A DNA stretch of 64,000 nucleotides from a bacterium (GTDB lineage: Bacteria; Elusimicrobiota; Elusimicrobia; Elusimicrobiales; UBA9959). Location of the stretch: positions 1-64,000 of the forward strand of contig JAJZPL010000016.1 of assembly GCA_021811185.1 (NCBI GenBank), written 5' to 3'. The notes under the pieces are model-generated. The model did no database searches and was not told the DNA's origin. It was given only the letters and a program-made list of their open reading frames with translations. A program made the translations under genes and the position numbers. Of this stretch, positions 20,633-28,883 are shown piece after piece; positions within the stretch are counted from its first letter, which is position 1; every line of letters begins with the position of its first letter.

Positions 20633-21687
20633 TAAAAGCCCGCGCCCTCACTTTGAAAGTTAACCCGGAGTTCACCCTCTCGGTGGATTCGCTCGACGTG
20701 GCGACGGGCGAGGTGTTCGCCGTGATCGGGCCCAACGGGGCGGGGAAGACCACCCTGCTGAACACTCTGGCGCTGCTCCGAGCCGCCGGCTCCGGTTCGC
20801 TGGAACTGCTGGGGCGGAACGCGCTGGCCCCCGAAAACAAAATGTTCCTGCGGCGCGCCATGTCCGTGGTCTTCTCGCAGCCTTACCTCGTAAACGATTC
20901 CGTTTTTGAGAACGTGGCGTTGCCGCTGAAGCTGCGCGGGCAAAAAGACGGCGCCGCGGTGGCGCAGGCGCTCGAGCTGTTCAAGATAACACATTTAAAG
21001 GACCGCAACGCGAAGACGCTTTCCCAGGGCGAAAGCCACCGCGCCGCGCTGGCCAGGGCTTTCGTGACCGGGCCGAAACTGCTGCTGCTGGACGAGCCCT
21101 TCGGCAGCCTCGACGCGCGTGTTAAAGAGACCATCGCCCGCGATCTGAAGCGCGCGCTCAAGGCGGCCGGCGCCGCCGTGCTGCTGGTGACGCAGGACCA
21201 GGGCGAGGCGCTTACGCTCTGCGACAAGCTGGCCGTGATGGCCGGCGGCAGGATAGCGCAGCAGGGCTTGCCGCAGGACGTCTTCGCGCGGCCGGCCACC
21301 AAAGAAGTGGCGGATTTCGTCGGGGTGGAAACCATCCTGCCCGGCAAGGTGAACGCCAAGGACGACAACCTCTGCTCCATCCAGGCCTGCGGCCTTACGC
21401 TGGAAGTCGTTTCCGACTGCGGGCCCGGCGACGAGGTTTTCGTCTGCGTGCGCCCCGAGGATGTGAGCGTGTCGAAAAGCCGCGAAACCGGCAGCATGCG
21501 CAACCATTTCAGTGCTAAAATAACCTCGGTGGAGCCTTGGCGGCTGGAGTACAAGGTAGGGCTGGACTGCGGTTTTACGCTGATGGCCGCGGTCACCAGG
21601 CAGTCGGTGGATTCGTTGGGTTTGAAGCCGGGGCTGGATGTATTCGCTTCGTTCAAGGCCACCGCCGCCCACCTGATAAAGAGGTAA
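20629..21687 (+). CDS. tupC: Tungstate/molybdate ABC transporter ATP-binding protein with C-terminal TOBE/Mop domain
   Basis: Walker A GPNGAGKTT; LSQGE signature; LLLDEP Walker B; ~120-aa C-terminal extension; overlaps tupB by 4 nt. Confidence 0.8.
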   Translation: MIKARALTLKVNPEFTLSVDSLDVATGEVFAVIGPNGAGKTTLLNTLALLRAAGSGSLELLGRNALAPENKMFLRRAMSVVFSQPYLVNDSVFENVALPLKLRGQKDGAAVAQALELFKITHLKDRNAKTLSQGESHRAALARAFVTGPKLLLLDEPFGSLDARVKETIARDLKRALKAAGAAVLLVTQDQGEALTLCDKLAVMAGGRIAQQGLPQDVFARPATKEVADFVGVETILPGKVNAKDDNLCSIQACGLTLEVVSDCGPGDEVFVCVRPEDVSVSKSRETGSMRNHFSAKITSVEPWRLEYKVGLDCGFTLMAAVTRQSVDSLGLKPGLDVFASFKATAAHLIKR

Positions 21688-21688
21688 T

Positions 21689-22870
21689 ATGCTGACTTTC
21701 GAAGAAGCCATTCAAACCGTTTTGAAACACGCGAAGCCTCTGCCTCCTGCGTACACGCCCACCGAGCAGGCTGTGGGGCGAGCTCTGCTGGAGGACGTGT
21801 GTTCCGGCATCGAGATGCCGCCCTTCGACAAGTCCGCCGTGGACGGCTACGCCGTGCGCGCCGGGGACCTGCGCGCCGGCTGCGCGCTCAAATGCCTGGG
21901 CGTGGTCCAAGCGGGTGGAAATTTCAAGGGTGCCCTGAAGCCGGGCTGCTGCGTCAAGATCATGACCGGCGCGCCGGTGCCCGCCGGCGCCGACGCCGTG
22001 GTGATGGTGGAGTACACTTCCGAGAAGGGCGGGCTGGTCAAATTCGAAGAAGGCATTGAAAAAGGCGCCAATATCGCCAAGCGCGGCGAAGATATAAAGA
22101 AAGGCCAGCTGCTCCTGAAGCGCGGCACCGTCATTTCCGTCTCCCATATAGCCGTACTGGCCGCGGCCGGCCGGGGCCGCGTTAAGACGGGGGCGCTCCC
22201 GAAGGTTTCGCTCGTCAATACCGGCGGGGAAATAGTGATGCCGGGGAAGAAACTCGGCAGGAACCAGATCTACAACAGCAACGGGCCGATGCTCTCCGCC
22301 ATGCTCAGGACCGACGGGATAAACGCCGCCCCGGTAATGGTGCGCGACGAGGCGAAGAAGACCCGCGCCGCGCTGGCCGCCGCGCTCAAAGCCGATATCG
22401 TCCTGATCTCGGGCGGCGTTTCGATGGGGGACTACGACCTGGTCCCCGGCGTACTGAAGAGCCTGGGCGTAAAAACCCTTTTTCACAAAGTGCGGGTGCG
22501 CCCAGGCAAGCCGATGCTGTTCGGCGTGAAGGGCCGGACGCTGGTCTTCGGCATCCCCGGCAACCCGCTGGCGAATTTCCTGGCCTACCTGGCCTACATC
22601 CGGCCCGCGATACGGAAACTGGGCGGCCGCGCCGACTACGCGCCGCAATTCCTGACCGGGACCTGCGCGGCCGAATTCAACCCGCGCACGCAGCGCCGCG
22701 CGCTGGTGCTTTCCAGAGTGACGGCGAAAACGGAGCATTCCCTCGTCCCGGTCTCCAACAGCGGTTCCGCCGATATTCTCGCCCTGGCAGAAGCCGAAGG
22801 CTTCACTATGGTGGACGAGGGCGGCTTGATAAAGAAAGGCGGAAAAGCTAAGTTCATCACATGGGCGTAG
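21689..22870 (+). CDS. moeA: Molybdopterin molybdenum/tungsten transferase
   Basis: MoeA N-terminal domain (PPFDKSAVDGYAV) and MoCF-biosynthesis domain (GGVSMGDYD). Confidence 0.85.
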   Translation: MLTFEEAIQTVLKHAKPLPPAYTPTEQAVGRALLEDVCSGIEMPPFDKSAVDGYAVRAGDLRAGCALKCLGVVQAGGNFKGALKPGCCVKIMTGAPVPAGADAVVMVEYTSEKGGLVKFEEGIEKGANIAKRGEDIKKGQLLLKRGTVISVSHIAVLAAAGRGRVKTGALPKVSLVNTGGEIVMPGKKLGRNQIYNSNGPMLSAMLRTDGINAAPVMVRDEAKKTRAALAAALKADIVLISGGVSMGDYDLVPGVLKSLGVKTLFHKVRVRPGKPMLFGVKGRTLVFGIPGNPLANFLAYLAYIRPAIRKLGGRADYAPQFLTGTCAAEFNPRTQRRALVLSRVTAKTEHSLVPVSNSGSADILALAEAEGFTMVDEGGLIKKGGKAKFITWA

Positions 22871-23817
22871 AATACCTGAGGATCTCGCTTACCGACAGGT
22901 GCAACCTGAATTGCGTCTACTGCACCCCGCTGGAGAAGCACGGCTATTTGCCGCACGAGGAGCTGCTCCGCCACGAGGAGATTGCCCGTGCCGCGGCCGC
23001 CTTTGTGCGCGGCGGGGTCACCAAGATCCGCCTCACCGGCGGTGAACCTCTTATAAGGAAGGACGTGGTAGAGTTAGTGCGCATGCTGAAAGCCATCCCC
23101 GGCCTTAAGGAACTCGCCCTCACCACCAACGGCATCCGCCTGGCCGAACTGGCCAAAGACCTGCGCGCCGCCGGCCTGGACCGGGTGAACATCAGCCTCG
23201 ACACTCTGAAAGAAAAAACTTTCAAGGAAATAACCGGCTTCCCCGGCCTGGATAAAGTGCTTGCCGGCATAGACGCGTCCCTTAAAGCCGGCTTCAGCCA
23301 GGTAAAACTGAACGTGGTCATCATGCGGAGTATAAACGACGCCGAGGTGGAAGACTTCGCGCGGCTGTCCATAGAGCGCCCGCTCGCCGTGCGCTTCATC
23401 GAGCTCTTTCCCGCCAACGACAGGGCCACCAAGCTTTTCAACGCCCACTTCCCCACCGCGGAGGCGAAGAAACGGATAGAAGCCGCCCTCGGCCCGCTCG
23501 AGCAGGTGCAGGCCGGGCACAGCGACGGCCCCGCGCGCGTGTACAAGCTGCGCGGCGCCAAAGGCCAAATAGGCTTCATCAGCGGCCGCTCCGATTATTT
23601 CTGCCTCTCCTGCAACCGCGTCCGCATGGACTGCACCGGCAAAGTCTACCCCTGCCTGTTCTCGCCCGCCACCCACAACCTGCGCGACCTCCTGCGCGGC
23701 GGCGCCGGCGACGCCGCCCTCGCCGACTACATCAAAAAAATATTTTTAGTAAAATCTAATTACAGGAAAGACTCCCCCACCGCCGGCCACATCGAAATGA
23801 GCAGCCTGGGGGGGTAG
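22861..23817 (+). CDS. moaA: GTP 3',8-cyclase (radical SAM, Moco biosynthesis)
   Basis: CNLNCVYC radical SAM motif; C-terminal MoaA twitch domain with CLSCNRVRMDCTGKVYPCLF. Confidence 0.85.
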   Translation: MGVEYLRISLTDRCNLNCVYCTPLEKHGYLPHEELLRHEEIARAAAAFVRGGVTKIRLTGGEPLIRKDVVELVRMLKAIPGLKELALTTNGIRLAELAKDLRAAGLDRVNISLDTLKEKTFKEITGFPGLDKVLAGIDASLKAGFSQVKLNVVIMRSINDAEVEDFARLSIERPLAVRFIELFPANDRATKLFNAHFPTAEAKKRIEAALGPLEQVQAGHSDGPARVYKLRGAKGQIGFISGRSDYFCLSCNRVRMDCTGKVYPCLFSPATHNLRDLLRGGAGDAALADYIKKIFLVKSNYRKDSPTAGHIEMSSLGG

Positions 23818-23846
23818 GAGCACGGTTTGCTTCGGAGGGGTGGCGA

Positions 23847-23992
23847 GGGTCTGGGTTCGGCGGACCGTCGCGGAGGCCGAGGCTTACGCAAGCGACGAGG
23901 CCGAGTGACGAGGCGCGAGCACGGTGTGCGAGACGCCGTGTCCGCCGGGCCCAGACCCTCGACAGGACCCCGACTTCACATCTCGACGTGAG
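23847..23992 (+). repeat. Structured repeat copy B (divergent; hairpin 23847-23958 plus CCGACTTC tail) between moaA and moaC
   Basis: Outer stem gggtctggg/cccagaccc; inner cggcggac/gtccgccg; core gaggccgaggcttacgcaagcgacgaggccgagtga and cacggtgtg shared with copy C; tail ccccgacttcacatctcg. Confidence 0.65.
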
Positions 23993-24019
23993 TTGCAAAC
24001 CGTTTCTAAAAGGACCCAA

Positions 24020-24457
24020 ATGATAGACGTAGGCGCGAAGAAAGACACTTTAAGGATAGCGAAGGCGCAGGGCTACATAAAGCTGAACGCCGAAATAATC
24101 GGCCTCATAAAAGCCGGCAAGTTGCCCAAAGGCAACGTCCTCGAAGCCGCGCGCTTCGCCGGCATCCTCGCCGCCAAGAACACCGCCGGCCTCATCCCGC
24201 TCTGCCATAACCTCCCGCTGAATTACGTCGGCGTAGAGTTCAAGCTCGACAAGACCGGCGTGCTCATAAACACCGAAGCCCGCTGCACCGGCAAGACCGG
24301 CGTAGAGATGGAAGCCCTCGTAGCCGCCTCCGTAGCCGCCCTCACCATCTACGACATGAGCAAGATGTTCGCCCAGGACCTCGAGATAGGCGAAGTGTAC
24401 CTGCTAGAGAAAAGCGGCGGCAAAAGCGGGCATTATGTCCGCAAGGGTTCTAAATAA
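24020..24457 (+). CDS. moaC: Cyclic pyranopterin monophosphate synthase accessory protein
   Basis: MIDVGAKKDTLRIA...IPLCHNLPL conserved MoaC motifs. Confidence 0.9.
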   Translation: MIDVGAKKDTLRIAKAQGYIKLNAEIIGLIKAGKLPKGNVLEAARFAGILAAKNTAGLIPLCHNLPLNYVGVEFKLDKTGVLINTEARCTGKTGVEMEALVAASVAALTIYDMSKMFAQDLEIGEVYLLEKSGGKSGHYVRKGSK

Positions 24458-24906
24458 TGGGAAAAATATACTCCATCAACACCAGCACCGGCAAAGGCGT
24501 GCCTAAAGCCCAGGTGCAGCGCGCAGTGCTGATAAAACACTCCGGCATACAGGACGACGCCCACGCCGGCACCGAGCGGCGCCAGGTAAGCCTGCTCCCG
24601 ATGGAAAGCGTCCGCGGCCAGATCGAGACCGCCAAGACCAAGAACGCCGCCGTCCGGATCCGCCCCGGCATCTACGCCGAGAACATCACCACCGAAGGCA
24701 TAAACCTCGCCGCCCTCAAGATCGGCGATAAGATCCGCGTCGGCAAAACAGCCGTGCTGCAAATTTCCAAGATAGGCAAAGAATGCCACAAGCACTGCGC
24801 CATCTACCACCAGGTGGGCGACTGCATCATGCCGCGCGAAGGCATCTTCGGCGAAGTCATAGAAGGCGGCGAGATCGCCGTGGGAGACCCCATATGTCCT
24901 TTATAG
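24457..24906 (+). CDS. MOSC domain protein (Moco sulfurase C-terminal-like, stand-alone)
   Basis: 149-aa beta-barrel MOSC pattern with conserved Cys near the C-terminus (GDCIMPREG). Confidence 0.6.
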   Translation: MGKIYSINTSTGKGVPKAQVQRAVLIKHSGIQDDAHAGTERRQVSLLPMESVRGQIETAKTKNAAVRIRPGIYAENITTEGINLAALKIGDKIRVGKTAVLQISKIGKECHKHCAIYHQVGDCIMPREGIFGEVIEGGEIAVGDPICPL

Positions 24907-25376
24907 AAACAGCCGTGCTCACGTCCAGCGACCGGTGCTCCAAAGGCCAGGCCGAGGACGTCAGCGGCAAGCTCGTTTCCGAGATGATCAAGACCATCGG
25001 CGGCCGCACCGCCGCCTACGACATCGTGCCCGACGAGATCCCGGCCATAACGGAAAAACTCCTGCACTATTGCGAAAAGCTTAAAGTGAACCTTGTGATA
25101 ACCACCGGCGGCACCGGCTTCAGCGGCCGCGACGTAACCCCCGAAGCCACCGAAGCCGTAATAGAAAGGAACATCCCCGGCCTGCCCGAACTTATGCGCG
25201 CCGAAGGGCTCAAGATAACCAGGAAAGCCGTGCTGTCCCGCGGCATCGCCGGCATCCGCGGCAACACGATAATCATTAATCTGCCGGGCAGCCCCAAAGC
25301 CGTAAAAGAATCCCTCGGGGCCGTCCTGGACCTGATCCCTCACTCCCTCGAAATGCTCAAGGGCGGCGCGCATTAA
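24894..25376 (+). CDS. mogA: Molybdopterin adenylyltransferase (MogA/MoaB family)
   Basis: LVITTGGTGFSGRDVTPEAT and GSPKA motifs; ATG at 24894 overlapping the MOSC gene by 13 nt. Confidence 0.85.
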   Translation: MSFIETAVLTSSDRCSKGQAEDVSGKLVSEMIKTIGGRTAAYDIVPDEIPAITEKLLHYCEKLKVNLVITTGGTGFSGRDVTPEATEAVIERNIPGLPELMRAEGLKITRKAVLSRGIAGIRGNTIIINLPGSPKAVKESLGAVLDLIPHSLEMLKGGAH

Positions 25377-25545
25377 CCCCCGCCCGGAGAAAAGTGCCCC
25401 GCCGCGCCGCGGCATACCTGATCATAGTGCCTCGGGCTTTTTGCTTGCCCGCAAATTCCGGCGATTGAACTCGGCGGGCAAGAAAAGATAAACTAATGCA
25501 ATCCTGTGAGGCCGAGAACCCAAAATGCGGCCGCCGGAAGAACAA

Positions 25546-26232
25546 ATGAAGATAACTATCCTTATAGCCGTTTATAACGAAGAGCGCTATATCGGGCAGT
25601 TGCTGAAAAGGGTCTGTGCCCGGCCGGAGCCTTCGGAGATAGTTGTGGTGAATGACGGCTCGCGGGACAACACGCTTTCGGTGCTGGAAGCGATGCTGTC
25701 GCAGGACGCGCGCATCAGGATCTTCAGCCTGCCCAGGAACAGCGGCAAAGGCGCCGCGGTAAGGGAAGGCATAGCCCGGGCCGCCGGGGACGTTGTGATA
25801 ATCCAGGACGCCGATCTGGAGTACGCCCCGGAAGATTATCCGCAGCTTATCGCCCCTTTCAACGACCCAGCCGTAAAGGTGGTTTACGGCTCGCGGCGGC
25901 TGCGCAAGGAGAACAAGTTCTCATACCTTTCTTTCGCCGCCGGCGGGATACTGCTCACCGTCCTCACGAACATCCTCTATTTCTCCAGCATAACAGACGA
26001 GCCGACCGGCTACAAAGCTTTCCGCGCGGAGGTTCTTAAGGGGCTGCGGCTTACCAGTACGGGATTTGAGTTCTGCCCCGAAGTGACCGCGAAAGTGCTG
26101 AAAAAAGGGATCGGCATCCACGAGGTCCCCATCTCGTATTCTCCCCGCACGCTCGCCGAGGGCAAAAAGATCCGTTTCCGGGACGGGCTTATCGCCATCT
26201 GGACCTTGCTTAAGTACAGGTTTCTCCCGTGA
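25546..26232 (+). CDS. GT2-family glycosyltransferase (polyprenol-phosphate sugar synthase-like)
   Basis: ILIAVYNEE...VVNDGSRDNT...IIQDADLEY (DxD) motifs. Confidence 0.8.
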   Translation: MKITILIAVYNEERYIGQLLKRVCARPEPSEIVVVNDGSRDNTLSVLEAMLSQDARIRIFSLPRNSGKGAAVREGIARAAGDVVIIQDADLEYAPEDYPQLIAPFNDPAVKVVYGSRRLRKENKFSYLSFAAGGILLTVLTNILYFSSITDEPTGYKAFRAEVLKGLRLTSTGFEFCPEVTAKVLKKGIGIHEVPISYSPRTLAEGKKIRFRDGLIAIWTLLKYRFLP

Positions 26233-27647
26233 ACAAGCCCGCGCAGGTCCTGCTTATAGACCCGCCCTGGGTCATAGACGCCGAAAATAATTTCTGGAAA
26301 AACATAGGCAGCTGCCTGCCCAGCCTGGGCCTGGCTTATATAGCCTCCTATTTGGAGTCGCGCGGCCGCGCCGTGGAGATAATAGACTGCACGGCCATGC
26401 ATTATACGCTCAAGGACCTGGAGCTGCTGTTCTCGCGGCGCCCCGCCCCCGACTTTATAGGCCTTACCGCCACCACTCCCCTCATCGAGAACGCCCTGCT
26501 CATCGCCGTCTCCTGCAAAAAATTCTTTCCCGGCGCCAAGATCGTTCTGGGCGGCGTACACCCTACGGTGCTGCCCGGGGAAGTGCTGGCGCACCCCGCT
26601 GTGGATATCGTGGTGCGCGGGGAAGGCGAAGCGGCGATGGCCGATATCGTGGAGGGGAAGGCGCCGGCGGAGATCCTGGGAATATCGTACAAAGAGGCCG
26701 GCCGCGCCGTGCACAACGCCGACCGGCCGCTCATAGAAGACCTGAACGTCATTCCCCCGCCGGCTTACCACCTACTGCCCATGGACAGGTATTATCCGGC
26801 CACGGGCTCCTACCGGAACCTGCCCGCCATGAGCCTTTTCGCCACGCGCGGCTGCCCCGGGCGCTGCACCTTCTGCTACCGGACTTTTTACGGCAGGCTG
26901 CGCAAAAGGTCGGCCGAAAATATCGTCAGCGAAGTCGAACTGCTTTATAGGAAGTACGGCATCCGCGAGATCGCCTTTTACGACGACGCGTTCACCACTT
27001 TCAAGGATATAGTGTTCGAGTTCTGCAGGCTTTTGGACGAGCGCGGCCTTAAGATCACCTGGAGCTGCTTTACCCGCGTGGACCTGGTCAGCGAGGAGCT
27101 GCTGCTGGCCATGAAAAAGGCCGGCTGCCATATGATCCTTTTCGGGGTGGAAAGCGGCGATGAAAAAATCCTGAAAGCCATTAAAAAGAACATCGACCTC
27201 TCCAAGGTCAAGGAAGTGGTCGCCTGGGCGCGCAGGATCGGCATCGATACCCGCGCGTCGTTCATGCTGGGGAACCAGGGCGAGACCGAAGAATCCATAA
27301 AAAAGACGATAGATTTCGCTTTCGAGCTGGACCCGGACATGGTCCACTTCAATATCGCCACGGCCTATCCCGGCACCGAGCTGTACAACTGGGCGAAGGC
27401 GAACGGGTACCTGACCGCTTCCTCCTGGTCCGACCATAACATGTCGGAAATAAACCTGCGCCTGCCTACCATTTCCCCCGAGCGGCTGAAGTTCTATTAC
27501 GCGAGGGTCCACCGCGATTTCTATTTCAGGCCGAAAATAATACTGCGCCGTCTTTTAAAGATTAGGACACGGCACCAGGTCCTGGAAGAGATAAAAGGTT
27601 TTTTCGCCCTGCTCAGCGTATTCGGCGGCAAAACGGAGCGGAAATAA
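26229..27647 (+). CDS. B12-binding-domain radical SAM enzyme (class B)
   Basis: N-terminal Rossmann-like B12-binding region; RGCPGRCTFC radical SAM cluster; GTG start overlapping the GT2 stop. Confidence 0.7.
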   Translation: MNKPAQVLLIDPPWVIDAENNFWKNIGSCLPSLGLAYIASYLESRGRAVEIIDCTAMHYTLKDLELLFSRRPAPDFIGLTATTPLIENALLIAVSCKKFFPGAKIVLGGVHPTVLPGEVLAHPAVDIVVRGEGEAAMADIVEGKAPAEILGISYKEAGRAVHNADRPLIEDLNVIPPPAYHLLPMDRYYPATGSYRNLPAMSLFATRGCPGRCTFCYRTFYGRLRKRSAENIVSEVELLYRKYGIREIAFYDDAFTTFKDIVFEFCRLLDERGLKITWSCFTRVDLVSEELLLAMKKAGCHMILFGVESGDEKILKAIKKNIDLSKVKEVVAWARRIGIDTRASFMLGNQGETEESIKKTIDFAFELDPDMVHFNIATAYPGTELYNWAKANGYLTASSWSDHNMSEINLRLPTISPERLKFYYARVHRDFYFRPKIILRRLLKIRTRHQVLEEIKGFFALLSVFGGKTERK

Positions 27648-27650
27648 GCC

Positions 27651-28883
27651 ATGCACGCAAAAGCGCCATTTTACAGGCGGAACTGGTTCCTGGCGGCGGT
27701 AGTGCTGCTGGCGCTGCTGCTCCGCGCGGCTTTCGTCCTCTACTACCCGCACAGCGCGGCTCCGGACGAGGACTCCTGGCGGAACGCCGCGCTGGACCTG
27801 GCTTCCGGTAAAGGCTTCACCAATCTTCAGCGCCATCCTGGGTACGTGGTCTTCCTCGCCGCCGTCTTTAAGGTTTTCGGCGGGGCGAGCGATACTGCCG
27901 TGCGGCTGGTGCAGGCGGCGCTGGGCGCCGTACAGGTGCTGCTGGTCTTCGTACTGGCGCGGTCCGTCTTTAAGAAAGAATCTGTCGCCTGGTTGAGCGC
28001 TATCCTTCTCGCCTTATATCCCTACGCCATCTTTCAGACCGCGTATCTCCTCAGCGAATCTTTCTATTCCTTCCTGCTGGTCCTTTTCGTTGCCCTTCTT
28101 TATTCGCTGCCAGAACAAAAACATCGTAATACCTTGGCGGCCGCGGCGGGGCTGGTCTTCGGACTGGCGATCCTGACCAAATCCACGGTTCTGGTGCTGA
28201 CGCCGTTCACCCTGCTGTGGTTCGCGCTGAACAAACTGCCTTACAGGGCCGCGGCGGCCTTTCTTCTGGGGGCCTCGCTCTGCGTGCTGCCTTGGAGCGC
28301 GCATAATTACAGGACTTACGGGAAGTTCGTGATGGTGACTATGGGAGGATCCTACCTGTTCCAGGCTAATAATCCTGAAACTCTCGGGCTTGAACTTGAA
28401 ACTCGGCGGCTTAACGAGGTGCAGTGGTATACTCCGGAGTATAAGGAAATAGCCAAACTCCCGCCCGTGGCCGCGGACCGGGAATATACCTCGCGGGCGC
28501 TCAGTTTTATGCGCCGGAACCCTGGCACCGTGTTAACGCTGATGAAAATGAGGTTTGTCCATTTCTGGAGGCTTTACCCCATCACAAGGAGCGGCGTCCA
28601 GCGGCTTGCCGCCCTGCTCACGTCGGGCCTGTTTATCCCGCTGGCGTTCATAGGGCTCTTTCTTTCCATCGCCGAATGGAGGCGGACTTTTCTTATCTGG
28701 GCGCTTGTCTTCGCGTTTAACTTCGTGCACCTGTTCTTTATCTGCACCTTGCGCTATCGCATCCCGCTGGACCCGTTCTTGCTGATTTTTGCCGCCTACA
28801 CGTTAACGTTTTTTTATGGACGTTTCCGGGGCGCGGCGCGGAAAGGGGCCGCGCCCGGGGGCGGAGCGGGCGGGGAGCTCTAG
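27651..28883 (+). CDS. GT-C fold membrane glycosyltransferase (PMT/ArnT, GT39/83-like)
   Basis: About 10 TM segments; N-terminal loop with the DEDSWRNAALDL (DE/DD) motif typical of ArnT/PMT. Confidence 0.7.
   Translation: MHAKAPFYRRNWFLAAVVLLALLLRAAFVLYYPHSAAPDEDSWRNAALDLASGKGFTNLQRHPGYVVFLAAVFKVFGGASDTAVRLVQAALGAVQVLLVFVLARSVFKKESVAWLSAILLALYPYAIFQTAYLLSESFYSFLLVLFVALLYSLPEQKHRNTLAAAAGLVFGLAILTKSTVLVLTPFTLLWFALNKLPYRAAAAFLLGASLCVLPWSAHNYRTYGKFVMVTMGGSYLFQANNPETLGLELETRRLNEVQWYTPEYKEIAKLPPVAADREYTSRALSFMRRNPGTVLTLMKMRFVHFWRLYPITRSGVQRLAALLTSGLFIPLAFIGLFLSIAEWRRTFLIWALVFAFNFVHLFFICTLRYRIPLDPFLLIFAAYTLTFFYGRFRGAARKGAAPGGGAGGEL

Noticed and set aside
25376-25545. Inverted repeat cttgcccgc-N22-gcgggcaag upstream of the GT2 gene
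   Set aside because: It is a single 9-bp-arm hairpin without a T-tract or recognisable operator pattern. It may be a weak terminator or UTR structure, but the evidence is insufficient to call.
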